Source: a virus (taxonomy: Duplodnaviria; Caudoviricetes). Taken from it: DNA of 56,247 nucleotides. Shown here piece by piece: positions 10,002 to 19,682 of this stretch (the stretch's first letter is position 1; each line of letters opens with the position of its first letter). The stretch spans positions 1 through 56,247 of the IMG/VR virus record IMGVR_UViG_3300049433_000067. One strand, given 5' to 3'. The notes beneath the pieces were generated by a model. The model did not search any database and was not told where the DNA came from. It saw only the letters and a list, made by a program, of their open reading frames with translations. The position numbers and the translations under genes were made by a program.

Positions 10002-10543
10002 TCCGCGCCCGCATCAGGATCGACATCCGGGATGATGATCGGCGGGAACCCGATCGGGATCCGGCCGACAACCCGCCCACCCTGCGGGATGAGGATCTTC
10101 GGCCGCGGTATCCCCACCCGGAAACTGCTGGCTACCGTAGCCGGGACAGCCGGCCGCAACTGCTCAATGTCCGCCTCGGTGACCTGCAGCGAACCCCGCA
10201 CGTCGGTGCCGGTCTTGTCATACCGGTTGACGTAGGTGCCGGACCGGCTGAACGGGCCAGCGGCCTCCGATGCCGACGCGAACCCATCCGGGTTGACCAG
10301 GAACCGCTTCACCACCGTCGCGACCACATCAGCGACGATCAGCGGATCCAGCGCCGCCGGATCCGTCGAGTCGGCCTGGAACAACGCGATCCGCGCATCG
10401 AGGTCGAATGGGCACTTCTGGATGAGCCGCGCCGCGGCCTTATCGATCAGGTTCGAGACACGGACCCGCTCGTCCGTGGTGAGGGGCCGCCAAATGTCGG
10501 CGACGTCGTCCGGGTCAGCGAACGGATAGTCGCTGCTCGACAT
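9998..10543 (-). CDS. Head-to-tail adaptor (Gp19/Gp15/Gp42-like)
   Basis: FADPDDV..WRPL, VKRFLVNPDG, GPFSRS motifs; synteny. Confidence 0.8.
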   Translation of the reverse strand: MSSSDYPFADPDDVADIWRPLTTDERVRVSNLIDKAAARLIQKCPFDLDARIALFQADSTDPAALDPLIVADVVATVVKRFLVNPDGFASASEAAGPFSRSGTYVNRYDKTGTDVRGSLQVTEADIEQLRPAVPATVASSFRVGIPRPKILIPQGGRVVGRIPIGFPPIIIPDVDPDAGAE

Positions 10544-10557
10544 GGCGGCCCCCTACC

Positions 10558-10881
10558 TCAGTCGCCGGGCGAGCCGGCGTCGCCCGTGCCGCCGTCGGGA
10601 GCGTCCGACCGCGCGGCTTCGAGCATCGCGACGATGTCAGCCTTCTTGGTGGCGTCGCCGAGGTCGACGCCGAACGCATCTGCGCGCGCCCGCAGCTGCT
10701 TCACGGTGAGCTCATCGAGCGGCTTGCTCATGTCGTCACCCGCGTACGGGTGCTCGCCGTCCTCGAAGCAGTGCGCACCCATCTTGCGGGCCGCCCACTC
10801 CGGGACCTCGTCGTCCGGCCCGAACGCGACCATCCCGTCCGGGCCTTCCACGTGCACGTAACTGACGAGGCGCCCCATCAC
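10558..10881 (-). CDS. Capsid-associated small protein with HeH/Rho-N-like C-terminus
   Basis: LDELTVKQLRARADAFGVDLGDATKKADIVAML resembles HeH/Rho-N; follows the capsid gene. Confidence 0.55.
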   Translation of the reverse strand: MMGRLVSYVHVEGPDGMVAFGPDDEVPEWAARKMGAHCFEDGEHPYAGDDMSKPLDELTVKQLRARADAFGVDLGDATKKADIVAMLEAARSDAPDGGTGDAGSPGD

Positions 10882-11930
10882 GCCACCGTCGCAACGAGCA
10901 ACGCGCGGGGGTTGGTGAGCAGCGGCATCCCGACCGCGTCGACGAACGTGTACTGCCGGAACGGCGGGCCGTCCTTGACGACGACACCGACGATGCCCGG
11001 CGCGTTCTCGAACGACAGATCTGCCTCAGTCGAGCTGACCAGCTCGAGCCCGGTAGCGGTGAGCCCCCACGCGGTGAAACCGAGGTTGTTCACCGGGTCC
11101 GGCGGCGTGAAGAACACCTTGTTGTCCGGGGTGACCCGGGTCGCAGTGCCGTCCACGTCGACCTGCGCGTCGTACACCGGCTCGATCGCCGGCAGGCCGT
11201 AGTCGGTGAGGACGCTGTTCACAGCGGCCGGGGTCAGCCGCGACGGCGTACCCGCGAGCGTCGAATACAGCAGCCGAATCTTCACGTTCGACAGCAGGTA
11301 GTTCAGCACCCGCAGCGACGTCGTCATCGACGCCGGCCGGAACCCGTTGCCGAGAGTGGTGGTGTAGGACTGCACCCAGGCCGTGATGTCGCTGACGGGG
11401 TCGGCGTTGGTGGTGTCGGACCACAACGTCGCAGCGGTGACACTGTTCCCTGCGGGCAGCCCGAAGTCGGCCTCGAGCAATCCTTCCGAGGACAGCATCG
11501 TGAACTTGCCGTCGTTGAGGACGTCGCCCTTGGCGAGGACCATGCGCCGCCGAGTGTTCTGCGTCAGCGTCTCGGCGTCGTTGTAGATGGCGTTGATGAA
11601 CTGGTCGGTGTTCGTGCCGCCGGTGCGGGCGAACTCGATCTGCAACCGCTCCAACTCACCCATGGACAGTGAGTCGGACAGCGGCGGCAGTTTGACCTGG
11701 CTGACGGACACGGTGTCGCGCTGCGCGACGTGGATCGGCCCGTCGAACATGCGGAACCGGGCCACCCGGCCGGTCTTGGTGTAGTTCGCCATGTCGACAC
11801 GGTTCGTGTCGACGGTCTTGTCCGGCAGCAGCTGGGACAGCCCGTCGCCGAGCTCGGCGGGCAGGGGGACCTGCCGCACGAACTCGATCAGATCTCGGGG
11901 CAGGATCGGGCCGTCGAGGACGATAGCCAT
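10878..11930 (-). CDS. Major capsid protein (lambda E-like family)
   Basis: 350 aa after scaffold and decoration genes; KLPPLS, ADFGLP, W.D...DP..DI, AVGMP motifs. Confidence 0.88.
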   Translation of the reverse strand: MAIVLDGPILPRDLIEFVRQVPLPAELGDGLSQLLPDKTVDTNRVDMANYTKTGRVARFRMFDGPIHVAQRDTVSVSQVKLPPLSDSLSMGELERLQIEFARTGGTNTDQFINAIYNDAETLTQNTRRRMVLAKGDVLNDGKFTMLSSEGLLEADFGLPAGNSVTAATLWSDTTNADPVSDITAWVQSYTTTLGNGFRPASMTTSLRVLNYLLSNVKIRLLYSTLAGTPSRLTPAAVNSVLTDYGLPAIEPVYDAQVDVDGTATRVTPDNKVFFTPPDPVNNLGFTAWGLTATGLELVSSTEADLSFENAPGIVGVVVKDGPPFRQYTFVDAVGMPLLTNPRALLVATVA

Positions 11931-11951
11931 GATCGTTTCCTTCCTCGGCCC

Positions 11952-12374
11952 TTATGCCGCGAAGTAGATGAGCGGGAGGTCGGCCTGGCCGGGGGCGTCG
12001 AGATACCCACCGAGGGCCTGGTTGGTGGAGTTGAACGGCAGCTTCGCCACCGAAACCGGCCGGTACGCGACCCAGAGGGCCACACCCACCTTCGCCTTGA
12101 GAGTGCCGTTGTCGTTGACGACTTTCACCGAAGCCTTGAGGATGCCGGCGGCGGTCTGCCGCGTGCCCGACGCGTTCAGGTAGGGGCCGAGCAGCCCCGA
12201 CGCGAGCCCGAGGACCGCGCCTGACGGGATGAACCCGTTGGCGAAGTGCTGCGCCTGCGTGAACGCCGTCACGTCCAGGGTGCCGTTGATGGCGTATCCC
12301 TGATCTTCGGTGCCGAGGTCCCACGACAGGTTCTCAGGCAGCAGCGACTGCGTGTAAACAGCAATGTCAGTCAT
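11952..12374 (-). CDS. Head decoration protein
   Basis: 140 aa between scaffold and capsid; TLDV..F, GFIPSG.VLG motifs. Confidence 0.75.
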   Translation of the reverse strand: MTDIAVYTQSLLPENLSWDLGTEDQGYAINGTLDVTAFTQAQHFANGFIPSGAVLGLASGLLGPYLNASGTRQTAAGILKASVKVVNDNGTLKAKVGVALWVAYRPVSVAKLPFNSTNQALGGYLDAPGQADLPLIYFAA

Positions 12375-12429
12375 TGGAGATGCCTTTCATCGTTGGGTAT
12401 CTGGTGGTCCGAAGCGTCAGGACCGTGGC

Positions 12430-13107
12430 TCACGCAGTGCGTTTGCCGTACCGCTTCTCTGCTTCCGCCCGTCCGCGGGCGCCCGGGTCGTCCGCGGCGG
12501 GCTTGCGATTGCCCTGGCCGAGGTCGAGCGGGGTCTTCGACCCGCCGCCGTTGCCGGAGAACGCGCCGATCTTCTTCTCGATCTTGTCCTCGTCCGGGTC
12601 GCCCTTGTCGGTGACGTACTTGGACAGGTCCAGATCCTCCAGCAGGGCGTCGAGTTGATCCTTGGACAGGACGCCCTTCGCGGCGGCTTTGAACTCGGCG
12701 CGCACGACGCGGGGTGCCCATTCGCCGCGCACTTTGCCGCTCTCTTCGTCGCGGGCGGCCTTCACGGCTTTCTCGCCATCGGAGGCGAGTTCGGCCTCGA
12801 GAGCGTCGTGCTTCGCGGCCTTCGCCTTGACGTCGTCGTAGTCGGCGAATTTCGCCCTCTCGCGGGCGAGTCGGGACTCGATGATCCGGTCCAGGTCGGC
12901 CTGGCTGCCGGGCGGTGTGTAGGCGGCGTCGGCTGCGGCTTTGGCTGCAGCGTCAGATGCGGCCTTCGCCGCGGCTGCCTGAGCGGCTGCGTCCGCGCTT
13001 TCCTCACCCCCGAGGATCGGCCATACCGGGCGGCCTTTGACGATCCCGACAGCATGCAATCCGGTGCGGGGATGGGTGGGCAGGGTGCAGTGCAGTGCGT
13101 GATGCAT
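12430..13107 (-). CDS. Scaffolding protein
   Basis: SQADLDRIIESRLARERAKFADYDD..AKA motif; Ala/Lys/Glu coiled coil. Confidence 0.85.
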   Translation of the reverse strand: MHHALHCTLPTHPRTGLHAVGIVKGRPVWPILGGEESADAAAQAAAAKAASDAAAKAAADAAYTPPGSQADLDRIIESRLARERAKFADYDDVKAKAAKHDALEAELASDGEKAVKAARDEESGKVRGEWAPRVVRAEFKAAAKGVLSKDQLDALLEDLDLSKYVTDKGDPDEDKIEKKIGAFSGNGGGSKTPLDLGQGNRKPAADDPGARGRAEAEKRYGKRTA

Positions 13108-13180
13108 GTGGTGTCTCTCCCGTGAGCCCGTCGGCGTGAATCCGGCCTTGGACGCGGCCGTAGCGTTCCGTGCAACCCGC

Positions 13181-14287
13181 CTAGGCGGCGGTGGTCAGGT
13201 CGACAGCGAGCTGCTGTCGCAGGTCGGCGATCCGCGCGTCGAGGGAGTCGGCGTACCGGCTCCACTTCTTCGGGTCAGCCCCGGCGAGCGCGTGCGCCTT
13301 GTCTTGGGCGCTCAGTTCGCCAGCAAGGACCCGTTCGATGTCTTGCCGGGTCCGCTCCAGGCTCTTCGGTTCCGGCCGTCTGGTGGCCCGCTCAGCCTGT
13401 TTCGCGGTGCGGAACTTCCCATCGGTGAGCACGGGTCCGAGCTCACCATGCTCGTCGATCTTGTATCGGGTGCGTTTCAGGTCCACGGCGCCGGTTGAGC
13501 CGGCCCGGTTGTAGAGGGTCTTCAGGTCGAGGTTGTTCAGCCCTGACCCCGGGTCGAGGCTGCCGACGATCGGGAGGACGGTGCATTCGCAGCGGCCGTG
13601 GATCGCTTTCAGATCCTCGACGTGGTAGATCCGGTCTGATGCAGCGATGCACAGCCCGCACGTGCCGCCCTTGGACAGTTCGGGGTGGATCACCCGCCGG
13701 TACCCGCGGATGTCGCGGCGGTCCTGATGCTCGGTGAGCACCTGGTGGGTTTGGGCGCGGTCCGCGAGTTGCATGTCCATGTCGGCGACCGCGGTGACCC
13801 GGTTGACCGCCGCGTCACCGGGAACGATCAGGGCGTCGGGGTTCAGCGGCGCCCCGTCGACCAGGGCCGTGGCCCCGTCGACCAGCGCTGTGGCGAGGCT
13901 GCGGGCGAACGCGTCGAGTTGGGACTGCTGCCACCGGTACGTGTCCGCCGCCCGCCCGTAGGCGCCGGCATGGGTGATACCGGTGCGGAGGTCCGCGACG
14001 TTCACCCGCCCGATCGGGCGGACCCGGCCGCCGACCATCAGCGACAGCGCCCGGGCGAGGTACGCGTCGGTGGATTGGGCCTGGGCCCGCTGCAACGCCT
14101 GCAGCCGTTTCGCGAGGTCGGTGGCCCATTCGGTGATGCGGCCGTGGTCATACCAGGCGGTGAACGACCGTGCTGCCTGGCTGGCGAGCGCCTTGGCCTG
14201 CCCGGTGAGGGCCGCCCGAGCGGCGGCCTGCGCCGCGACCAGCGCAGCTACCTGCGCCGCGGCCTGCTCATCCGCCTGGGTTGGCAT
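13181..14287 (-). CDS. MuF-like minor capsid / capsid maturation protein
   Basis: GYRRVIHPELSKGGTCGLC...IH.RCECTVLP motif; follows portal. Confidence 0.8.
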   Translation of the reverse strand: MPTQADEQAAAQVAALVAAQAAARAALTGQAKALASQAARSFTAWYDHGRITEWATDLAKRLQALQRAQAQSTDAYLARALSLMVGGRVRPIGRVNVADLRTGITHAGAYGRAADTYRWQQSQLDAFARSLATALVDGATALVDGAPLNPDALIVPGDAAVNRVTAVADMDMQLADRAQTHQVLTEHQDRRDIRGYRRVIHPELSKGGTCGLCIAASDRIYHVEDLKAIHGRCECTVLPIVGSLDPGSGLNNLDLKTLYNRAGSTGAVDLKRTRYKIDEHGELGPVLTDGKFRTAKQAERATRRPEPKSLERTRQDIERVLAGELSAQDKAHALAGADPKKWSRYADSLDARIADLRQQLAVDLTTAA

Positions 14288-15713
14288 TCGCGGTCACGCT
14301 CGCTAGCCCGTACTGCTGGTCGAGGACGAAGTCGTCGGTCAGCTCCGACATGGCCCGGTCAGCCTGCGCCGGGTCCATACCCCAAATCTCGGTCAGCTGC
14401 TGATACCGGGGCACGACACCCTTCGTCTGGGCGATCGCCGATGCACGTTCGGTCATCGACCACCGTTCCGCCGGCGCCCAGATGACCTCGATCGTGCCCG
14501 GTTCGGCGCGCTGGTCATCGCCGAGCATCCGGAACATCAACTGCGCGGCGAGCTCATGGGAGGGCTCGAACCGGTCCTGCCGGTCCTCGACCTTGAACGT
14601 GGTCTGCTCCCGCTGCAGCGACGCGGACTCCGCCGACGCGTTCGCCGCGTCCGGCGACGCGAGGTAGGCCGGTGTGCCGGACGTGCCGTAGAGGTCTTTC
14701 ACATCGTCGCGGATCGCGGTGAGGATCCCGGACAGGTCGACCTGCCCCGACTCCCAGATCTCAGCCGACTCCGGGATGTTCCACACCGCGCCCGGGTCGG
14801 CAACGAAGATCGAGTCATAGTCGATCAGTTCACCGGTGTCGGGGTCAGTCTTCGGGAGACCCTTGAACGCCCGCTGCTTGAACGCCTGGATCGTCGCGAT
14901 CGTCATCCGCTGCAGGATCTGCTGGTTTATCCGGTCGATCTGCGACAGGAACGGCTCGAACTCGGCCATGCCGTCCTCGTTGACGAACGGCACGACACAC
15001 ACCAGACCCTCGATCGCGCCGTCCTCCTTGGTGGCATCGACCAGTTCGTCGATGTTGCCGGACGCGACCCCGCCAAGGCTGGCGAGGATCTGCTCATCCC
15101 AGAAGAACGCCTGCGGGTTGAACCGCGGGTCCATCGACCCCGGGCGCCGCTTCCGTGGATGCTTCGCGACCCGCACCCGGCCCGGCAGATACAGGACGGC
15201 GACGTCCTCATCAGTCGTGTCGTCGTGGTACAGCTTCAACGCCGCGAGAACCTTGTACGGGTCCGCCGGGTCGGTGATCGCGGTGACCAGCCGCGGGTCC
15301 TCAGCGGTGACCAGCAGCGACCCGTCGGGCTTCTTCCCGACGATCAGGTAGGACAGCGACATCGCGAGCGCCATCTTGTGCGCGTCGCGGGTCCACAACT
15401 TCCCGCGGGCTTTCCGCCACGTCGTGAACGCGTCAGCGTCGCCGCCCTCATCGGAGTCGACCGCGGTGCGGATGCCCCGGATCCGCAGACGCGACAGCAC
15501 CGCGTTGACGATGACCCGCTCGAAGTTCGTCCGCGACTTCTCCACGAACCACTTCACCGCGGACCGCTGGATGTCGGACACGAACGGCAGCGGCGAATTC
15601 CCCTCGTACCGCTCCTGCAGCGCCTGGCACCGCTTCTGCTGCACCCGCAGCTGGTCATAGAGCCGCTTCAGCCACCAGCCATCGGTGTAGGGCTCGCTGG
15701 TGTCGATCGCCAC
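14268..15713 (-). CDS. Portal protein (SPP1 gp6-like)
   Basis: 481 aa directly after TerL; RYEG, IQAFKQR, ANASAES motifs. Confidence 0.9.
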   Translation of the reverse strand: MAIDTSEPYTDGWWLKRLYDQLRVQQKRCQALQERYEGNSPLPFVSDIQRSAVKWFVEKSRTNFERVIVNAVLSRLRIRGIRTAVDSDEGGDADAFTTWRKARGKLWTRDAHKMALAMSLSYLIVGKKPDGSLLVTAEDPRLVTAITDPADPYKVLAALKLYHDDTTDEDVAVLYLPGRVRVAKHPRKRRPGSMDPRFNPQAFFWDEQILASLGGVASGNIDELVDATKEDGAIEGLVCVVPFVNEDGMAEFEPFLSQIDRINQQILQRMTIATIQAFKQRAFKGLPKTDPDTGELIDYDSIFVADPGAVWNIPESAEIWESGQVDLSGILTAIRDDVKDLYGTSGTPAYLASPDAANASAESASLQREQTTFKVEDRQDRFEPSHELAAQLMFRMLGDDQRAEPGTIEVIWAPAERWSMTERASAIAQTKGVVPRYQQLTEIWGMDPAQADRAMSELTDDFVLDQQYGLASVTANANPGG

Positions 15714-15722
15714 GCGCGCTCC

Positions 15723-17390
15723 TCACCTGATTCTGTACGGGACGAACTGGGCCTGCTTGCGGGGCTTCGCGTTCGTGCGGATCGCCTCGAGCCGCGCCTG
15801 CCAAGACAGGCAGCCGGCCATCGCATTGTCGAACTTGCGGTCCTGGTGGATCTTCTGCAGGACGAACAGCCGCCTGCCTTTGTCTTTGTCGGCGTCGTCG
15901 TAGATCTCGACGTTCTTCCGTCCCGCCGCGGCGATGTGCCGGTCGAACGCCGCGTCGAGATCCAGAACCTCACCACGCTCGTCTGCGCGGACGACGTGGG
16001 TGACGCTGCGGGTATCCATCGCCTCGTGATACTCGCGGACCGCGATCGCCATGGCCCGGAGCCGGTTCGTCCACCACTCCTCGAACTGATCCGGCCACCG
16101 CGCAGACCACGAGCCGTAGGTTTCCGTCCAGTGCGGCGGATCACCGAAGCACACCCACATGTCGAACGTTTGGGTGATCTGCTCGAACGCCGCCGTGACC
16201 TCAGCCTCGTCGATCTCCCACACCTCGACGTCGACGGGCCGCTCCCACGTCGCCCACAGCTGCTGCTTCCCAGTCGGGATGTCGGTGAGCACGATCCCGG
16301 TGGAGTCACGGAACCGCGCGCCGTCGAATCCGGCGGTGACGAACGACCCCGGGGCGATCGGCTCGGCCACCGCCAGCTCGGCCCACCGTTTCACGTCGAA
16401 CGCCTGCGCACCGGACCGCAGCCACCGATTCAGCCACACCCGCTCGAGGTAGTTCTTATCGGCCTTCGGGCGGTCCCACTGCTTCGCGATCGAATAGAAC
16501 TGGCCAGGGCCGTACTCGCCGGCCGCCCCGGTCGCTTCCTTCACCGCCGCGACCCGGCCCTCGATGCTCACCAGGTCGTGCCCCGGGGAGGCGTCACGGT
16601 GAAGGTAGAACAGCTGCGGATCGTCGATCTCGCCGCGGTGGATCAGCTCCGCCTCGTGATGCAAACCCTCCGCGACGCTGTCCTGCCCCGGCTCCCCCGC
16701 GGTGCCGACATACATGCCCCACGGGTCTTCCAGGACCCGCTTCTCAAGGTTCGCGACCATCGTCTCGTGCGCGCTGACCTGCCTCGGCAGATACAGGCGG
16801 TGCGGCTCGTCGAACCCCTGGAACGTGGTCCGGGCGCCGTCCCGCGCGCCGGGCGAGTTCGACAGCGGCACACACTTCCCGTCCGCCGCCCCCGTCGGGC
16901 CGAGCCGCACGATCCGATCCAACGTCGCATCGAACAGGTCAGCGTCCGGGCCCTCCGTGCAGAACACGTACAGCGCGCCGTAGGCCAACTCCTCGACCTG
17001 CTCCACCGTGACCGCGAGCAACGGAATGTACGGGTCCCGCACCGGCCGGCCGACCGGGTTACCCGACGCGTCGAACCCGTCGCACCGCACCGGGGCGTCC
17101 GGATGCAGCTCAGCGAACGCGACCTGCCCCAGCTTCTCCGTCTTCGCCAGGCCCTTCCGGACCGAAATCCCGACCCGCTTGAACCGCCTGCGGCCGGCCC
17201 ACTGATGCCCCCGCGGGTACACCTCATACGCCCGGTACAGCGACGCCCGGAACTCCGAATCAACCTTGTACGGCTGACCCTTCAACGACCCCGGCCCGAA
17301 GATCGACCGCTCCTCCAACAGATCCACGACCTGCGGCCCGAGCGTCGGCCACGGCTCCTCATCCAAAGTCGGGACAACCAGCACCGACAT
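15723..17390 (-). CDS. terL: Terminase large subunit
   Basis: Walker A-like RKGLAKTE, Walker B FQGFDEPH, VGTAG coupling motif, nuclease GFDG...DST, C-terminal KFD. Confidence 0.93.
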   Translation of the reverse strand: MSVLVVPTLDEEPWPTLGPQVVDLLEERSIFGPGSLKGQPYKVDSEFRASLYRAYEVYPRGHQWAGRRRFKRVGISVRKGLAKTEKLGQVAFAELHPDAPVRCDGFDASGNPVGRPVRDPYIPLLAVTVEQVEELAYGALYVFCTEGPDADLFDATLDRIVRLGPTGAADGKCVPLSNSPGARDGARTTFQGFDEPHRLYLPRQVSAHETMVANLEKRVLEDPWGMYVGTAGEPGQDSVAEGLHHEAELIHRGEIDDPQLFYLHRDASPGHDLVSIEGRVAAVKEATGAAGEYGPGQFYSIAKQWDRPKADKNYLERVWLNRWLRSGAQAFDVKRWAELAVAEPIAPGSFVTAGFDGARFRDSTGIVLTDIPTGKQQLWATWERPVDVEVWEIDEAEVTAAFEQITQTFDMWVCFGDPPHWTETYGSWSARWPDQFEEWWTNRLRAMAIAVREYHEAMDTRSVTHVVRADERGEVLDLDAAFDRHIAAAGRKNVEIYDDADKDKGRRLFVLQKIHQDRKFDNAMAGCLSWQARLEAIRTNAKPRKQAQFVPYRIR

Positions 17391-17402
17391 CGGCGCCGGC
17401 CC

Positions 17403-17861
17403 CTAACTCACGGCACGGAAGATACTGCGAGGATCAGCGTCCGCCGCCGGCTGCTCAACACCCTGCCGCGCGCGCCGCGACGCCCCGCGGTCCTTCGAAT
17501 CCTCCGCCAACTCAATCGTCCACTCAAGCTTGCGCCGGTCGTAGGGCGTCATCCCGAACGCAGTCCGATGCTGCCGGATCTCCGCCGAGATCGTCGTCCG
17601 CATCGTCCGCGACTCCGCCGTGAAAAAGTCATCCATCAGCATCGCCAACACCACGATCTGATGCCGATCCGAATCGTGGTACTCCGACGACATCGGCGAC
17701 CGCCACAGATCCGTCCACCACGCCAACGTCAACGGCGACCACTCCCGGATATCCGGGAGTTTCTTGATCGCGCCTGACCGGCGGGCCGATGACAGAGTCG
17801 CCGCGCTCGACGCAGTATTCGCGCGGGCCCTCGTAGAGGGATGCTTCTTGTATGCAGGCAT
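17403..17861 (-). CDS. terS: Terminase small subunit
   Basis: Start 17861 (MPAYKK); WW..LWRSP, EIRQ...FGMTP.DRRKL motifs; directly upstream of TerL. Confidence 0.82.
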   Translation of the reverse strand: MPAYKKHPSTRARANTASSAATLSSARRSGAIKKLPDIREWSPLTLAWWTDLWRSPMSSEYHDSDRHQIVVLAMLMDDFFTAESRTMRTTISAEIRQHRTAFGMTPYDRRKLEWTIELAEDSKDRGASRRARQGVEQPAADADPRSIFRAVS

Positions 17862-17920
17862 GATCGAACTCCCCTGGCGGGTGGCCGCCCAAAGCCCGGG
17901 CGTAGGGCGTCGAACCCACC

Positions 17921-18010
17921 CCCCGGACACCCTCCGGGAACCGTAGAGGTGGAAATGATCAGAACGCAGTGGTGTCCGGGGTGAGGGGGTGGGGGGGTTG
18001 TACCCCTGGG
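17921..18010. other. Candidate cos/packaging region
   Basis: 11-bp inverted repeat (17921-17931 / 17971-17981) and G-runs between HNH and terS. Confidence 0.4.
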
Positions 18011-18363
18011 TCCGTTTTTCCCGGCTTGATTCCGCGCGCTTGGAGGGCCTCGCCCCGTGACTTCTCGGCGTGGCAGTTGTGGCATGCGCCTTGCCGATTG
18101 GCCAGGTCGTGGAGGTCGCCGCCTTGGGACAGCGGGGTGATGTGGTCGTCTTCGGTGCTGATGCGGGTGCAGTTGGGTCCGTTGATGCGGCAGTGCGGGT
18201 CGCGTGCGAGCACGATCTCGCGTTCGGTTCGTGACTGGCGTGTGCTGCCGCGTCCCCACGTGCCCGCTGCACGCTGCTCTGCTGTGTGCTCGGGGCAGTA
18301 GGTCTGGGCTACCACGCGGGTCTGACAGTGGAGGCGTCCGCACTTCTTCGGGGCGCGTGGCAT
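17959..18363 (-). CDS. HNH endonuclease (packaging-associated)
   Basis: RD..C...C...DHITPLSQGG...NRQGACHNCHAEKS. Confidence 0.9.
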   Translation of the reverse strand: MPRAPKKCGRLHCQTRVVAQTYCPEHTAEQRAAGTWGRGSTRQSRTEREIVLARDPHCRINGPNCTRISTEDDHITPLSQGGDLHDLANRQGACHNCHAEKSRGEALQARGIKPGKTDPGVQPPHPLTPDTTAF

Positions 18364-18474
18364 GACGTTATGTCAGCCTGCCCGGGCGAGGTCGGGCTTC
18401 CACCATGCGGGCAGTGGGTGACGCAGCAGCGTGTCGTGCCACCCGTCGAGGCAGAGCTCGGTGACAAACAGTCA

Positions 18475-18699
18475 TCAGGCAGCCGCCGGCAGCGGCACGC
18501 CGCCGTCAGGCCCGCCGTGGTACGTCCACCAGTGGCGCTCCATGTACGGCCGGTCCAACGTGATAACAGCGCCCAGTTCGGTCAGGGCAGCGGCGGTGCC
18601 GGCCATGCCCTGTATCGGGGCTGGTGCGGTCACGGTGTAGGGGATGCGCAGCGGCCGCGCGCACAACGGGCAGTCGACGGGGAACGTGAGCTCGCTCAT
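18475..18699 (-). CDS. Hypothetical protein (CxxC)
   Basis: ATGA-coupled to the upstream ORF. Confidence 0.5.
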   Translation of the reverse strand: MSELTFPVDCPLCARPLRIPYTVTAPAPIQGMAGTAAALTELGAVITLDRPYMERHWWTYHGGPDGGVPLPAAA

Positions 18700-18965
18700 C
18701 CTGGGCCGACCTTCTTCCCTCTGATCTTGCCGCCATGCTCGAGGCGGTAGACGTCAGAGCCGGTGTGCTGGTGGAACACCTCGTAGTGCCACTTGGAGAC
18801 GGTGGCGTCAAGCAGCTCCGGGTTGCTGATGAAGCGGGCCAACTCGCGGTGCAGCGCTTCCCATGGATGCGGCGAGCCGGCCCAGCGCGCCAAGCCTGGT
18901 CCGGTCACCCAGTACGCGTGGAGCTTGGCTGCGCCCTTCGCGCCCTCAGGAGACTTGACGACCAT
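18696..18965 (-). CDS. Hypothetical protein
   Basis: GGAGGTGA RBS; L.AYW..G.G.ARW...P pattern. Confidence 0.65.
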   Translation of the reverse strand: MVVKSPEGAKGAAKLHAYWVTGPGLARWAGSPHPWEALHRELARFISNPELLDATVSKWHYEVFHQHTGSDVYRLEHGGKIRGKKVGPG

Positions 18966-18984
18966 CGGCGCTCACCTCCGGGTG

Positions 18985-19548
18985 TCAGCCTGCGCGTTGC
19001 ATCGCGCGGTAGACGGTGGCGCGGGCCACGCCGAACATCTCGGCTAGCTCGCTCGTGGTGTGTCGGCCCTCGCGGTGCAGGTCGACCAGATGCTTCTCCT
19101 GGACCGGGCGCAGCTTCGGCTGCTTGCCGCGGAGCCGGCCCTTCGCCTTCGCCAGCTGCATGCCCTCTCGGGTGCGCATCCGGATCAGGTCGGCCTCGAA
19201 CTCGGCGACCATGGCGAGCGCGTTGAACAGCAGCCGCCCGATCGGGTCGTGGGGGTCGTGGAGGGAGCCGCCGATGTTGAGTGTGACGCCGGCTGCGGTG
19301 AGTTCCTCGACGATGTTGCGGGCGTCCGGGACGGAGCGGGCGAGCCGGTCGAGTTTGGTGACGGCGAGGGTGTCGCCTTCGCGGCAGGCGGCGAGCGCTT
19401 CGCGTAGGCCTGGGCGGGCGCGGTTGGTGCCGGTGAGGCCGTGGTCGACATAGATGCGGTCTGGGTCCACCCCGAGCCGGGTGAGGGCCTCACGTTGGAT
19501 GGTGAGGTCTTGCTCGTCGGTGGAGACGCGTGCGTAGCCGATCATCAT
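18985..19548 (-). CDS. Serine recombinase (resolvase/invertase family)
   Basis: IGYARVST (catalytic Ser), VTKLDRLARS, AEFEADLI..RT.EG, C-terminal HTH FGVARATVYR. Confidence 0.95.
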   Translation of the reverse strand: MMIGYARVSTDEQDLTIQREALTRLGVDPDRIYVDHGLTGTNRARPGLREALAACREGDTLAVTKLDRLARSVPDARNIVEELTAAGVTLNIGGSLHDPHDPIGRLLFNALAMVAEFEADLIRMRTREGMQLAKAKGRLRGKQPKLRPVQEKHLVDLHREGRHTTSELAEMFGVARATVYRAMQRAG

Positions 19549-19552
19549 GCCT

Positions 19553-19682
19553 CTGAGTGTACGTTTAGCGGCCCGTCACCGGGCAGTTTCGCGGGCAGTG
19601 TTAACGGGCGCGTGTCGCAGCTGTGGAGGCGCCCCTTAGGAGCATCGCCAACAGTGCCCGTTAGACGAACCCCTTACGGGCG
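19553..19682. promoter_or_regulatory. res-like recombination/promoter region of the resolvase
   Basis: Non-coding; repeated half-sites cgttta, cccgtca, ttaacggg, gcccgtta...ttacgggc; -10 TACACT (19561-19556) 7 nt before ATG. Confidence 0.55.

Noticed and set aside
14556-17777. 1073-aa + strand ORF, and other long antisense ORFs (e.g. 41165..42952, 33204..34703, 4453..5805)
   Set aside because: Shadows of real - strand genes in high-GC DNA; Arg/Pro-rich with no motifs
18371-18993. 11-bp repeat tgtcagcctgc at 18371 and 18983
   Set aside because: Short enough to arise by chance, and it does not bracket the resolvase
18985-19548. Gin/Cin-type tail-fibre invertase or transposon
   Set aside because: Far from the fibre genes; I saw no inverted fibre segment, transposase or terminal repeats (by eye only)
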